This document shows, piece by piece, positions 8,851 to 20,500 of a stretch of DNA of 64,000 nt; the first letter of the stretch is position 1, and every line of letters begins with the position of its first letter. Below the pieces are notes generated by a model. It was not told where the DNA came from. It did no database searches and saw only the letters and a list, made by a program, of their open reading frames with translations. The stretch comes from a virus. Its lineage: Duplodnaviria; Caudoviricetes. The position numbers and the translations under genes are program-made. The stretch lies in the IMG/VR virus record IMGVR_UViG_3300025892_000008; one strand, written 5' to 3'.

Positions 8851-11385
8851 CTAGCTCGGAATATTTTTCTGAGCAAAGGGTTTATCTTCAGTAGATTTAT
8901 GTGCTAAATTAGCATGATTTGTAATTTTATCTTGCGGAAACTGTATATAAGTATCCTGTATTTCTCCGTTTAGTATATCAATAATGTATCTATCAGCAGT
9001 AAAATCTATGGTTTTAAAGTCAAATGCACTTGATTTAATTCTACTTATTACTGTATCTGCTCTGTTAGGTTTAGTATAACAAATAACAAGTGCTTTTGTG
9101 AAACCAAGTTCATACGTACTTGTTTGCTGTATACTTCTCATCCATAAAGGTAAAAATTCTCTATCTCTTTCTCCTATAGCAGATAATCTTTTTCTCATAT
9201 TTTTGACTGAATTAGGAAATACTCGTTGCAAATCTGCATCACTCGCATATGGAATATCACTATCTATAGTAATATTGTCATAACTTACAAGAACTTTGCT
9301 ATTGCTGTTATTTGGTAAATTAATTTCATCTGATATACTTTTACCATTTTTTTCGTAATCATCAACTAGATCAACATATACTACTTCATATAGTACTTTT
9401 TGTGTAATTGGGTCTTTGGCTTGGGCTTTCTTTATTGCTCCAAACGTAAATCTTTTATTATAATGGTTTCTACTTAATGCTTGTACTACTGTTGTAGCAG
9501 CAGTGCTTTCTATACCTGCAAAAATTAAACTTTTAATTTCAGTCTGGACACCAAAATTAGTATCACCGTATCTATATATATCGTTAGAAGGAAAAATAGT
9601 TGCGTCAGTTATAAAGTTAAACCATGAAAGTCTTTTATTTTTATTTTGAAACGCTTTAACAAAAATATTAGCAAAAGACTTTTGACTGTCTGCAACAACC
9701 TTTACTGTAAATTTTCTTGTATCTTTTGCCAACCCAGATGAATCAGATGCTTGTACACTAAATGTATATAATTTATCATATGTGGTACCGATACCATCAA
9801 AGGTAGTATTGTACGTAATAGTTCCTGTTGAATCAACTGCACTACTATCTCTATCAAAAAATCTAGTCAACCCTTCTTGATCACTATCTGAAAACTGTGT
9901 TACTTTGCCTGTAATGTTTCCATTGGATAAGAAAACTAATCCTGGAGGTAACTCACCTGATGTAATACTATAACTAACTCTTCCACCATACAAAAGACTT
10001 GTTGCTTCTACTGCTAATTTACTAGGCTGATTGGGTTTAATAATTCCTAAGTCTGTACCTGTAATCCATTCGATAGAACTTTCTATTTCACCTATTAAAT
10101 CTACAGTGAAAGTTTTATCTGATGTTCCTACACCTAATTCCCAATAAGAACTATTTGCTTCATCTGGTAATTGGTTAATGTTAGATTCTTTACATACATA
10201 AACAAAACCGTTATATCTAACTGCTTCGTTTGCTTCATAGAATCTTATCGAACTCCAGTCACCTACAAGCGTGTAATCTTGTTGTGCTATACTTGCAGGA
10301 AAATTAACTGCTTTCATAGTAAATTGATAAGTTGTAGTTACAGCAGCCTGGTATGGAACTTTGCCTGCTAGTTCACCTGTAGTTGTATCTATAGTAAGTC
10401 CTGGCGGCAATGTACTAGGAGTTCCATCAGGATTATTGTCTACTATAAAATAACTGATTACTCCAGACAGTGTTGGTGGATCGTATACATCAAGGAATAA
10501 TGTTATGTAATTATTTGCTCTATATCTACCAAGATATGAATCTGTAATCCATAACGGAACTCTATCACTTGTTGTATCTGCTTGAAATAGATTAGTATCA
10601 ACTTGTACTAATGTATTATCTGCTTTTAAAAATTCTTCTGATACTACATATATTTTAAATATTCTGTTTACAGCATTCAATCCATCTGTAATTGCAATAC
10701 CGAATGTATAAATCCTACTTAATTTTTTAGGAACAATTCCTTGCTCACCGTAGTCGTAATATTGATTATCATAAAAGAATGAATCAAAACCTAAACTATT
10801 ATTCTTTGCAATGTCTAGAGGTGCTGTATCGAATGAAGCAGTATCGTATGCTCCAGTAATTGATGTAGCATAGTCTATTGCAGGTATTGGCTGTGTAAAG
10901 CCACTTATACGTCCTGTCTTAGAAATTTTTAATCCATAAGGTAATATTCCGCTATTAGGTACCAAATAATATTCTAAGTTCTCACCTGCTACAGCATCAT
11001 TATCCGTTGCTTCTAATTGGAAGTCTACCTGGGCATCATCCATAATAAAATAAGCCTGACCAGGTCCTACGTTTAAAAATCCTTCTTTGGTAATCCATTC
11101 AGGAATATCTGCACCAGTTACGCTTATTTTAAATGTTCTATCTTTTTCTTTATCGTTATCGTCTGCACGAATAACAAATCTGTATTCTGTAAATTTTGTT
11201 ACTTCAGCAGGTGACCCTTTTATAACATTTCCTGATATTATCATACCACGAGGAAGTTCACCTGCGATTACAGAATATTGAATTGGATTGCTAGTATCTG
11301 TTGTTGCTTCTATAGAGACTGAGGTAATAATTCTTTCTTCAAGTGTTCCTAGGTCTCCTGCTGGCGTTGTCCATGTCACTGCCAT
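8851..11385 (-). CDS. Baseplate wedge-like protein with repeated Ig-like domains
   Basis: Repeated Y.(V/I)..GELP.G(L/M)......G.(I/L).G units ending in FT(V/I) strands (He_PIG-like); lies in the tail gene block. Confidence 0.65.
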   Translation of the reverse strand: MAVTWTTPAGDLGTLEERIITSVSIEATTDTSNPIQYSVIAGELPRGMIISGNVIKGSPAEVTKFTEYRFVIRADDNDKEKDRTFKISVTGADIPEWITKEGFLNVGPGQAYFIMDDAQVDFQLEATDNDAVAGENLEYYLVPNSGILPYGLKISKTGRISGFTQPIPAIDYATSITGAYDTASFDTAPLDIAKNNSLGFDSFFYDNQYYDYGEQGIVPKKLSRIYTFGIAITDGLNAVNRIFKIYVVSEEFLKADNTLVQVDTNLFQADTTSDRVPLWITDSYLGRYRANNYITLFLDVYDPPTLSGVISYFIVDNNPDGTPSTLPPGLTIDTTTGELAGKVPYQAAVTTTYQFTMKAVNFPASIAQQDYTLVGDWSSIRFYEANEAVRYNGFVYVCKESNINQLPDEANSSYWELGVGTSDKTFTVDLIGEIESSIEWITGTDLGIIKPNQPSKLAVEATSLLYGGRVSYSITSGELPPGLVFLSNGNITGKVTQFSDSDQEGLTRFFDRDSSAVDSTGTITYNTTFDGIGTTYDKLYTFSVQASDSSGLAKDTRKFTVKVVADSQKSFANIFVKAFQNKNKRLSWFNFITDATIFPSNDIYRYGDTNFGVQTEIKSLIFAGIESTAATTVVQALSRNHYNKRFTFGAIKKAQAKDPITQKVLYEVVYVDLVDDYEKNGKSISDEINLPNNSNSKVLVSYDNITIDSDIPYASDADLQRVFPNSVKNMRKRLSAIGERDREFLPLWMRSIQQTSTYELGFTKALVICYTKPNRADTVISRIKSSAFDFKTIDFTADRYIIDILNGEIQDTYIQFPQDKITNHANLAHKSTEDKPFAQKNIPS

Positions 11386-11399
11386 TTGTGGTTATCCTC

Positions 11400-11975
11400 C
11401 TAGGTTAGATCGCCACAGTCGAGGTCGATATCTGATGTAAATGTTAGTGTTCCAAAATCTATATTTGCTGTCTGCATTGCTAACTGTATTGCGTTTTGAT
11501 ATACTCCATTGATTGAACCAAAATCATAAGTTTGCAAATATTCAGTTACAGGAATTACTGTTTTAAAATTGACAGAACTTCCAGACGTCGTTACTTCTAT
11601 ATCTTTTAAACCGGTTTCTGAACCTGGTGCTGCTATTCCTTGTAGTGTGATTTGTTCGTGAGTTGACGCTAACATGCTACCGCTATCAGTGTCAAATCTT
11701 ATAAACGCATCTTCCTGTGTAGTGTTAACAGTAAGAAAATCTGCAGATTCTTCAATTAATATTTTAGTTCCACTTACAAGAGATTTAAATTGTAAATCGT
11801 TATTTAATTTCTGTTTAAATACACCTGCACCTAACCCACTGTTTGACGCTGTTATAGTAAGCCCTGTATTAAGTTCAGAAAAGTTAGCATTTACCTTTAG
11901 AAACGCTGTTCTTAGATCATCACCTAATCCGTCGTTTACTAAATTTCCTACATTAATTGTTTGTATTGTTGCCAT
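11400..11975 (-). CDS. Tail/baseplate-associated protein with T4 gp9/gp10-like N-terminal motif
   Basis: INVGNLVNDGLGDDLRTAFLKVNANF. Confidence 0.65.
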   Translation of the reverse strand: MATIQTINVGNLVNDGLGDDLRTAFLKVNANFSELNTGLTITASNSGLGAGVFKQKLNNDLQFKSLVSGTKILIEESADFLTVNTTQEDAFIRFDTDSGSMLASTHEQITLQGIAAPGSETGLKDIEVTTSGSSVNFKTVIPVTEYLQTYDFGSINGVYQNAIQLAMQTANIDFGTLTFTSDIDLDCGDLT

Positions 11976-11996
11976 TTTTCTTTCCTATATGTATAT

Positions 11997-12251
11997 TTAG
12001 TGGAGATCCGCCCACCCTGCTGTGCTATCATTATTAGCATCTGCAGCATAACCTTGAAACTTTCCTGATGTTGTATTATAAACCATCATACCAAAAACTG
12101 GTGTAAGAGCATCTATCTCAGTCTGTGTAAGTTGCGGTGGACCAATATATACTTCATCAAAGTTTTGATTGATTTTGTTAAAGGCAGTACGTAGATTATC
12201 GCCTGTTCTATCGTTTGCACTAGAGCCAATGTTTACTGTAAGTTTTGCCAT
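11997..12251 (-). CDS. Miniature tail-associated protein (N-terminal anchor motif joined directly to a C-terminal fibre motif)
   Basis: VNIGSSANDRTGDNLRTAFNKINQNF followed by LTQTEIDAL....GMMVYNTT...W..LH. Confidence 0.6.
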   Translation of the reverse strand: MAKLTVNIGSSANDRTGDNLRTAFNKINQNFDEVYIGPPQLTQTEIDALTPVFGMMVYNTTSGKFQGYAADANNDSTAGWADLH

Positions 12252-12261
12252 TTATCCGCTC

Positions 12262-14556
12262 CTATACCCAACCGCCGATTGCAATTTTGCCCCAGCCCGT
12301 ACTCTTGCGGACATAGACATAACTGTCATCAACTCTAATTTCACCTATAGGTGCTACTTCTGTTTCTGAAGCCGGAGCCGCTGCACCTGGTGCAATAGTT
12401 CCTAACACTGTTCCTGATTCATTAATAACTACAGATGAGTCATCACTAAACACACTTCCGATAAGTTCACCTACGTGTGTTCCTCTAAGAACTCCATCTA
12501 CACCATCAACTAATTGTGTACTATTATCTGCAAATACTGAACCTGTTATATCACCTGTAAAGTTAAATTCAGGATTCGCTGTATGTGTTATCTCTCCTGA
12601 CGAAGCATCGTACATCAACATAGTTGTACCAACTGCACTTCTAATTGGTTTAACTACAAATGTATCTGCTCCAGCCTCAGTTAAAATATTGCCAGTTGCG
12701 TTAATTACAATTGAGTTTGCTGCTTGGTTTGAATAGCCTGCTTGATAACCAATTGCTATTGCACTTGCACCTTGAGTTGTATAACCGGCGCTGTTTCCAA
12801 GTGCTGTTGCTTGAGTGCCTTGAGTAAAACTTCCTGCGCCGTACCCAACTGCCACTGCGTTGTCACCTTGATTGTCATAACCTGCTGTTTTACCAAGTGC
12901 TACTGCTGAATCGCCTTGATTGTCATAACCTGCTGCGGTGCCAAGTGCTACTGCTGAATCGCTTTGATATCTGCTACCTGCCCGCTTACCAATTGCTACT
13001 GATTCTGCGCCTTGAACTACTTCGCCTGCTTCAGATCCAACTGCTACTGCATCATCACCTTGCGTACTTTTACCTGCTTCTTTACCAATTGCTATTGCTT
13101 CTATGCCTTGAGTAGTTCGACCTGCACTACTACCAAGTGCAACTGACCCAGCGGCTTGTGCGTTATTACCTGCTTGATTACCTATTGCTACTGAACTATT
13201 TTCTTGATCTGTTTGACCTGCTAGATATCCAAGTGCAATAGTTGGATTAGTTGTTCTTAAATTATATGTTTCTACTGGGCCAATGATCTTAGCATCTACA
13301 GCATCTACTAGCACTGTTGAATCATCAGCAAACACACTACCTGTAATATCTGATTGTCCACTAAACGCAATGTTTAATGTTTGTGTTCCACTGTTTCCAG
13401 TAAGAACAATACCGTTTCCTTCTTCTACAACTAATGTACCTGCTATACTAGGAGCAGCCAAGAATGTTCCTTTTACATCTACAGTTCTATATGCATTACC
13501 AGCCGGAGAAGCATTTGTAATTGTTACAATACCAGTTGCTGCATCAGTAAATACCGTTAAAGCAGCACTACCAGGTTGTATTTCTAGTACACCTGCGTTT
13601 GTTATTTTTACATTATCTCCAGTGCTATTATCAATATTAATACCAGCGCCTGCTGCTCTACCACTAGGTAATGCTGTTGTGCTTTGTATACTTCGAACAC
13701 CAGTGTTAGTTACTGTAACATTTCCTGTTGCAGAGCTAATACCTAAACCTAGTCCTGCTGTTAATTGTGTAACACCTGTGTTTGTAATTGTAATACTTTC
13801 AGCAGCACTATCCACTGCCATTGAAATTGCAGTTCCACTTATTAAATTTAATGTATCAACAAAGTCATCTGCTACTACTTGGTTTCCACTATCAACTTGT
13901 ACACTTTTGAAAAATGTTTGATCTGGATTAATTATTAATGAACCGTTTACAGTTGAACCTAACGGTAAATCAATTATACCTCCAGGCTTACCTTTTATTT
14001 GTGCTGAACCTAACCAAACACCATTAAATGCATTTGCATCATTGTCAGAATGTTCACCTGTATATAAAGACTTCCACGGTTTAGTAACACTACCTAAGTT
14101 AAATGTTGCAACACTATTAGGTGAAACATTCGTATTTAAATTTTCGAAATCCAAAGAATTGTATTCTGAAAATGCTTGGAAAATTCCACCACCTGAAGCA
14201 TATGCATCATATGTTGTGCCGTTTACTGATGTAGTTAAATTTTCGTCAGTATATAAATGAAAGGAAAATAAATCTATTAATTTTGCAAAAAAGTTTTGAT
14301 TATCTAATTGACTTATACCAGTGCTTGTTATGAATAATTTTTGACCATCGACTAACTCATGTTTGCTTGTAGCAACAACTCTAACAGGATTACTTTCTGA
14401 AGTTCCTGATTCAACATGGGCTATATCCTGATCACCTCCTCTCGAAAGTGTTGCGCCTATGATAGTAAAGTTTTCATTTACTTTTTCAAATGCTTCTTTT
14501 ACTCTGCTCCACACAATTGGTGGATTACCTGGATTAATATTACTATTGTATGCCAT
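12262..14556 (-). CDS. Tail fibre/adhesin with YadA-head-like repeat region
   Basis: N-terminal EAFEKVNENF anchor; three GSVF(A/S)D.S motifs; eleven 16-aa (A/S)(V/I)A(L/I/V)G..AG...Q repeats. Confidence 0.75.
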   Translation of the reverse strand: MAYNSNINPGNPPIVWSRVKEAFEKVNENFTIIGATLSRGGDQDIAHVESGTSESNPVRVVATSKHELVDGQKLFITSTGISQLDNQNFFAKLIDLFSFHLYTDENLTTSVNGTTYDAYASGGGIFQAFSEYNSLDFENLNTNVSPNSVATFNLGSVTKPWKSLYTGEHSDNDANAFNGVWLGSAQIKGKPGGIIDLPLGSTVNGSLIINPDQTFFKSVQVDSGNQVVADDFVDTLNLISGTAISMAVDSAAESITITNTGVTQLTAGLGLGISSATGNVTVTNTGVRSIQSTTALPSGRAAGAGINIDNSTGDNVKITNAGVLEIQPGSAALTVFTDAATGIVTITNASPAGNAYRTVDVKGTFLAAPSIAGTLVVEEGNGIVLTGNSGTQTLNIAFSGQSDITGSVFADDSTVLVDAVDAKIIGPVETYNLRTTNPTIALGYLAGQTDQENSSVAIGNQAGNNAQAAGSVALGSSAGRTTQGIEAIAIGKEAGKSTQGDDAVAVGSEAGEVVQGAESVAIGKRAGSRYQSDSAVALGTAAGYDNQGDSAVALGKTAGYDNQGDNAVAVGYGAGSFTQGTQATALGNSAGYTTQGASAIAIGYQAGYSNQAANSIVINATGNILTEAGADTFVVKPIRSAVGTTMLMYDASSGEITHTANPEFNFTGDITGSVFADNSTQLVDGVDGVLRGTHVGELIGSVFSDDSSVVINESGTVLGTIAPGAAAPASETEVAPIGEIRVDDSYVYVRKSTGWGKIAIGGWV
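12721..13248 (-). repeat. 11 tandem 48-bp (16-aa) coding repeats
   Basis: 11 x 48 = 528 bp; units DSAVALGTAAGYDNQG and DSAVALGKTAGYDNQG are nearly identical in DNA (tactgctgaatcgc at 12901 and 12949). Confidence 0.9.
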
Positions 14557-17500
14557 TATGATCTACCCACCGCTATTTCAATTGTTCCTATATGATCACT
14601 ATCGTAATCCTCAATTGCTTTACCAACAATTGTTCCTACTTTAGGATCTTCACTTACTGTTGCTACACCATGTATTCCTGCTGTAACTAATATATCACCT
14701 TTCTTAATTTTTCCTACAACTTTGCAAGGTACTCTACCAACAAGTGCTACTAGGTTTTTATGTCCTGGGCATGCTGTATACATAACATATGCTGCTGTAT
14801 TTGATACAACACCTGCTATTCTCTTATCTGTGCCTGTGTTCGAAGTTGTAACTTCCTTGTCACCACCAAATACTAACACTGTTCCGACTTCGTATTCCTT
14901 GTCACCTTCGTAGTATTCTGCAACGTCTGCTGAGTATGTTGCTTCAAGTCTAGATTCATTAGGTGAACTTCCTGTAAGACTCCATCTACCTGTAATTGTA
15001 CCAGCAGTAGTATTGCCGCCTGTTGTTAAACTGCTTACTTGAATGCTTGATGCAATAATAGGAGCATTTGCTAAACCATTTTGAGTTCTAAATGTGTGGT
15101 TATCATTATCATAAAAGTTTGATTTGTCTGATGCAAGTGTGCCGTCTTGTAAGAAAATTCCGCCGCCACCTCCGCCGCCAGTGCCGCCAAACGTATGCAA
15201 TCTAATAAATCCACCTGACCCAGATGTTCCAGAATCAACTGCTTCAAAGCCGTCAATGTTATACTGTGCTACGTCAATTATTCTACCACCGAAGTCACCG
15301 TTACTATCTCTAATTATAAGTTTGCCTGCTTCGACTGTACTACTATCACCTGCTGCATAGTCAATAATACCGTAATCACTATCAGAAGTTCCTGAACTTG
15401 CATTTGTTCTAGCAAGTAAACCTACACTACCAAACTGTGATTTCTTAACAGAACCACCTGCATCTACAATTGTTGTAAATGGAATATCTGCAACGTCACC
15501 AGGTGTTAGTGCATCATTACCTAACACACTCTGTGCAGCAACTTGTGCTAGTGCTGACTTAGGTGTACCGTTGTCTTTTAGTTGTACCCAACCGTCAGTT
15601 ACAGTAAATTCTGTACTACTGAAACTTGCTAAACCACTGCGTGCTTGTTTGACTGCTGCTGTTCCTGTTGGTGCATTTACATCAGTACCTGCTAATTGCA
15701 TTAATAATTTACTTTGAGCAATGTCAGCAGTTGCATTAACGTCTGCATCTAAAATTACATTAGGATTAAGTTGCGCATCAATTGAGTTTGCTGTTGAATC
15801 AATATCTAAACTTATATCACCTACAACTGTAACGTTTACAGCATCTCTATCATTACCTGTAAACACAAGTAATTGGTTTGCTGCTAAATCTGTAAATGTA
15901 AAGTTTTGTAGGTTATCAAAAGTAAAACTTCTCAAGTTCATTGCATCTTGAGGGTTAACTGGATTGGCAATATTTACAATTTTGTTTTGATTAAGATCCA
16001 TGTTGGCTTTCATAGCCTGTTGACCACTTAGGTCCATAAATCCACCAGTAACACTAGGTATTAAATTAGCATCAATAACCTTAGCACCACTGTGCGAGAT
16101 ACCTAATCTTCTTTCAATGTAAAGTCTTGCAGCATTCTCTGTAGGAACAGTATCAACTGCGTTATCTGAGAATGAACTATCTGTTGAGAATTCCGAAACT
16201 GGAACACCTCGTTTGAATCCAATACCGTCCAAGTTACTCAAAGCAATCGCTGCTGAGAATGTCACACGTCCTGTTCCTTGGTCAACTTTAAAGAAAGGTC
16301 CTACGTTAAAGTTACCAAACTGGTCAGTGGTTACATAGAACACACGTCCCACAGTACGTTCTTGTGTTTCATTATCTGCGTTTAATGCATTAACTGCTGG
16401 ACCATAAATTTCGTTTGGATAGTTTGTATCTGCATACGAACCACTACCAATTTCAAGTAAGTCATGTCCAGTTACACGAGTTAATGAAATTCTAATAGTT
16501 AAGTTACCATAACTGTTTAAACTCCTAGTTGGAACTGCACTTCGTATTGTGTAAGATCCTTCAAATTCTATTATACTATCTTCTAGTGGTCTATTAAGAG
16601 TTATTCTAGCATAGTTATCGTTAAGATCGTCTTCTGATTCATACTGGCTAACAATATATTCTTCACCTTTGAATACAAATCTTGAATTAGCAACCCGCGC
16701 TCGCTCTTGAGGAGCAACCGGAACAACACTAATCGTTGAATCACCTGCTCTACCTAATACTTTTGCAAAAGTCTGTGTTCCACTTTGTGTACCTGAAGTA
16801 TCAACTTCTACTGAACTTGCAAGTGCAGGTGGTGTAGTTGTTACAGTAAATTGTACAGAACTAGCACCTAAACTATCTTTATTGTTATTGGATACAAAAT
16901 AGTGTAGACTTTCGTTTAAACCAGTTGGTAATGATCCTGTTGTTTTTAATCTAATTACATCACCAACTGCAAATCCATGCGGTGATGCAGTTGTGAATAC
17001 TGCTGGTGCTGCAACACTAATACTAGTAAGCCCTGTAAATGCTCCAGGAACCACAGGATTTGCACCAGTTGTGCCAACACTTTCACTAGGTTGATATACA
17101 GTTAAATCAATGTAATCATAGTTTTCTCTAAGCGTAGTCTTTGTAATACCATCTGCTATTGCAGTTATATCTCCAGAACCAGCACCTGTTACTTCTAGTG
17201 CAGCACTAGTTTTACTTGTACCAATTTCAAAAGTTGTAGATGTTAAATTTGTTTCTAGTACAAAATATGTAATACCAGCAGTAATTCCTGTTGGTAATGT
17301 TCCAGTCGAAGCAAATGTTAGTCTATAGTCTGCTAACTGTTTGTGAGCAATAACATTTACTAAACTTAATCCTGATCCATTAGTTAAGCCTCCAAGTAAT
17401 GTACCGCCTAATGACGTAGTAAGTTGTATTGTATTATAAGTAGGAACATCAAATACATAATAAGTTGTTGATGCTGTTAATCCGTTTGCTGTAGTCTTAG

Positions 17501-20500
17501 GAACAAATGTATCACCACGTCTTAATCCGTGGTTTCTATCTGTAGTAAGCGTATTATTACTTGCAATATCAGTTACAGTAATAGTAAATGTTAGTACTGT
17601 AGGGTTTGCTACAGTAAATTCTACATCAAAAGCACCTCTACCTGCTGTGCTATCATTAAAATCTTCAAATTGTAATACACGATAAACATCGGTTGGCGAT
17701 TCAGCAAAACGTAAACCTGTTGATGGTCTTGTAGCAACGTCAGCAAGTTCACCTGTTAAAACAATTTGAGAATTACTTCTAAGTGACAACTTCGTTCCAT
17801 CTGAAATAGCAGCAAACAATCCATCAAAGTTTCCTGTTGTATCACTTGTTAAATTAAGTTTTGCAACACCTGTTGGTAAGTCTGTAGTTGAAACTGATGT
17901 AACAGGATATCTAAAAATTAAATTACCATGGTCGACTTCAAGTTCTGAATTGTTAAGAGGAGTATAATCATAATTGTTAACATATACAACTAACCCACCC
18001 GTTACGTTTTGGAAAGAAGCACTTGGGAAATAACAATCAACTCTCTGTGCAACATCATAATACAATGTTGTAGGAGTTGGAACTTCAAGTGGGTCTGAAC
18101 CATCTGCAACCAATGCATAGATACCATGTGCAGAAGAACCACCAATACTTCTAATCTGCGCACCATTAAGTGACATGTAAGAAGCATAACAGTAATATGT
18201 AAACATAGATACTGCTTCTGTTAAACCACCGTTAGTAGCCAACAAGCCGTAACCCATATCTGAAATCTGTGTAAAGTCATTCGATAACATTGATCTGTTA
18301 CCAGGCATCAATATTTCATATTTTCTCTGATAACTGTGTGTTCCGCTGCCTGCACTAGTTGTTGCAATTTGGACACTGCCTAAAAATTGAGAAGTTATTC
18401 TAAATGTGTTACCTGTTAGTCCTGTTTCAGAAACATAATATTCTTTGCCGGCTACTATTCCTGTTGGCAATGTTCCTGTTGTACTAAAGACAATTGTAGC
18501 GCCTGCTTGTAACCCGTGATCTGTTTTAGTAAACACAGCAGGATCTGCTTGTGTAATACTTGTTAATGTTTGTGCACCGGGTGTTAAACTAAAAGGTGTA
18601 GTTTCATCAAGTACAAGTGTTGCAGTACTTCCGCTCGCACCATATACATAATCTCTAACATAGTTTACTTTGAAAATATCATCGCCAACAATAAATGATG
18701 CTGGTAGTTCTGGGAATCTATCTAGTCCTGCTACATTAATACGTGTTGTGCTTGTGCTACTAGCGTGTAAAAATTGTAAGTTACCAGCAAACCCGTCAAC
18801 AAACATACCGCCTGCAAATGTTTGTGCGTTAATAGATTTACTAAATGAAGCACATTCCTGTGCATAAGGTGACTTAGCAAGTATCTGTCCTGTTGGATCA
18901 AGTGTCATAGCAAAACCGCCATGTCCTTGCATTGTCATCGCTCTAAGTATTACAGCATCGTTACATAAGAATACGTCAAGTTTATCATTATCTTTAGGAT
19001 AGTTTACACTTCCTGATCCATCAATTACATCTTCTAGTGCATCAAATAACTCTTCTAGTACACCTTCTGTACCAGTTTCTTTAACAAATGCTGCATCAGT
19101 AATTTGAAGGAACCCTGTATTATAAACTGTTGTAATAGGATCATTAGCAATAATTTTATCTAGTATAGTTTCTAAATATGTAAGTGATGCAAGTGTTTCA
19201 GAAAGTTGAGTTGTAATTGCAAGTCTTCCACTTGCATTTTGATAATATTTTAAACCTGCTGATATAGTTCTATTGTATTCACCATACTTCAAATCAAATA
19301 TCATTGCATCTAGTATCAGTCCAACATCTCGTTTACATAATGCTTCACTATAAGTGAATGAAGATGTATAAGGTGCTATGTTATTTGTGATTTGATAGTT
19401 AATCCAAGCAGCAATTTCTTCTTGCAAAAATGTTCTATTTAATTTTATAAGTGCTGCTGATGCTTTGTAGCCGCCGCCGTTGTTTATTCTAGGATATACA
19501 GGTTGTGTAGTATCTTCTAGGTAATGGTATCCATATAAATCGCTTGCAGTTGTAAGTCCATCAATGGTTGTATCTCTTCTAAATCTTTGGAAAGCCCAAG
19601 GAGAACTAGAAGTTCCTGCTCTTGGCTTTATGATACAACGTCTAAATTCATTACCTACAATAGCAACGTTCTGCGGAACTTTAATAGGATAGTTTTCCTC
19701 GTACACTCCGCTTTCAAGTAAGATAGTAATTTGTGTTTGGTTACTAATATCACCATATGATAGTTCTTCACCAATTTGGAAATTACCAAACTTAATATCA
19801 ACATCAAATATTTCATTTCCACTACTATCTAATGCACCTTCATGTGCAAGTATCTGTGCTTGTGCACCAGATGTTAAACCTTTAATAAACAAGCCTTCTC
19901 TAATATCTCTTGTTCTAAATGCAACTTCAGTGTCTGTTAAAACATCACCAGTATAATCAGTGCGCTGTCCTTCAGTCTTTAAAAGGAATCTAGGCAAATC
20001 AGCCGCAACAGTTGGAATGCTAGTAAATCCGCTTCCACTATCAGTAACTTCGATAGCAGTAATAACACCACCAACTACGGTTGCTTCACCAAACGCACCT
20101 ACGCCGCCTCCGCCAGTAATACGTACTGAAACTAAACTGTGTCCTGATCCACCATTACTAATTGTAACGTTGTTTACTTTGTAAGTAACATTAAATGTTG
20201 CACCCGAACCAAATGCACTATCTGAAGTAGTTGTAACTCCAGTAGAACCTGGCAATGCAGTATAGTTACCTGAACTAAGTTGTTTAAATGTTACAACACC
20301 GCCTGGTGAAGATGCAGTTGTTAAAACTTCATATTTTGCAGCGCCACCTGTTCCGCCAGCAAGAGTAATAATGTCTCCTGCTTGGTAGTTTGTTCCTACA
20401 GCATTTAATGTAATAGTATCAACACTTAGTCTTGGTGATCCAACAAACCCTGTACCTGATGTAGGTGATGTACCAATAGTTGCTAGTTCAACTGATTTTG

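Noticed and set aside
12721-13248. Tandem repeats as a CRISPR or mini-array
   Set aside because: In-frame 48-bp coding repeats with no spacer-repeat alternation.
13283-13921. 212-aa plus-strand ORF, and similar antisense ORFs such as 19-393, 11674-12000, 20887-21342 and 55730-56284
   Set aside because: Shadow frames opposite well-supported genes, with no SD or promoter and no motifs.
15160-15195. GC-rich ccgccgcc run
   Set aside because: Encodes a GGTGGGGGG linker in the fibre protein.
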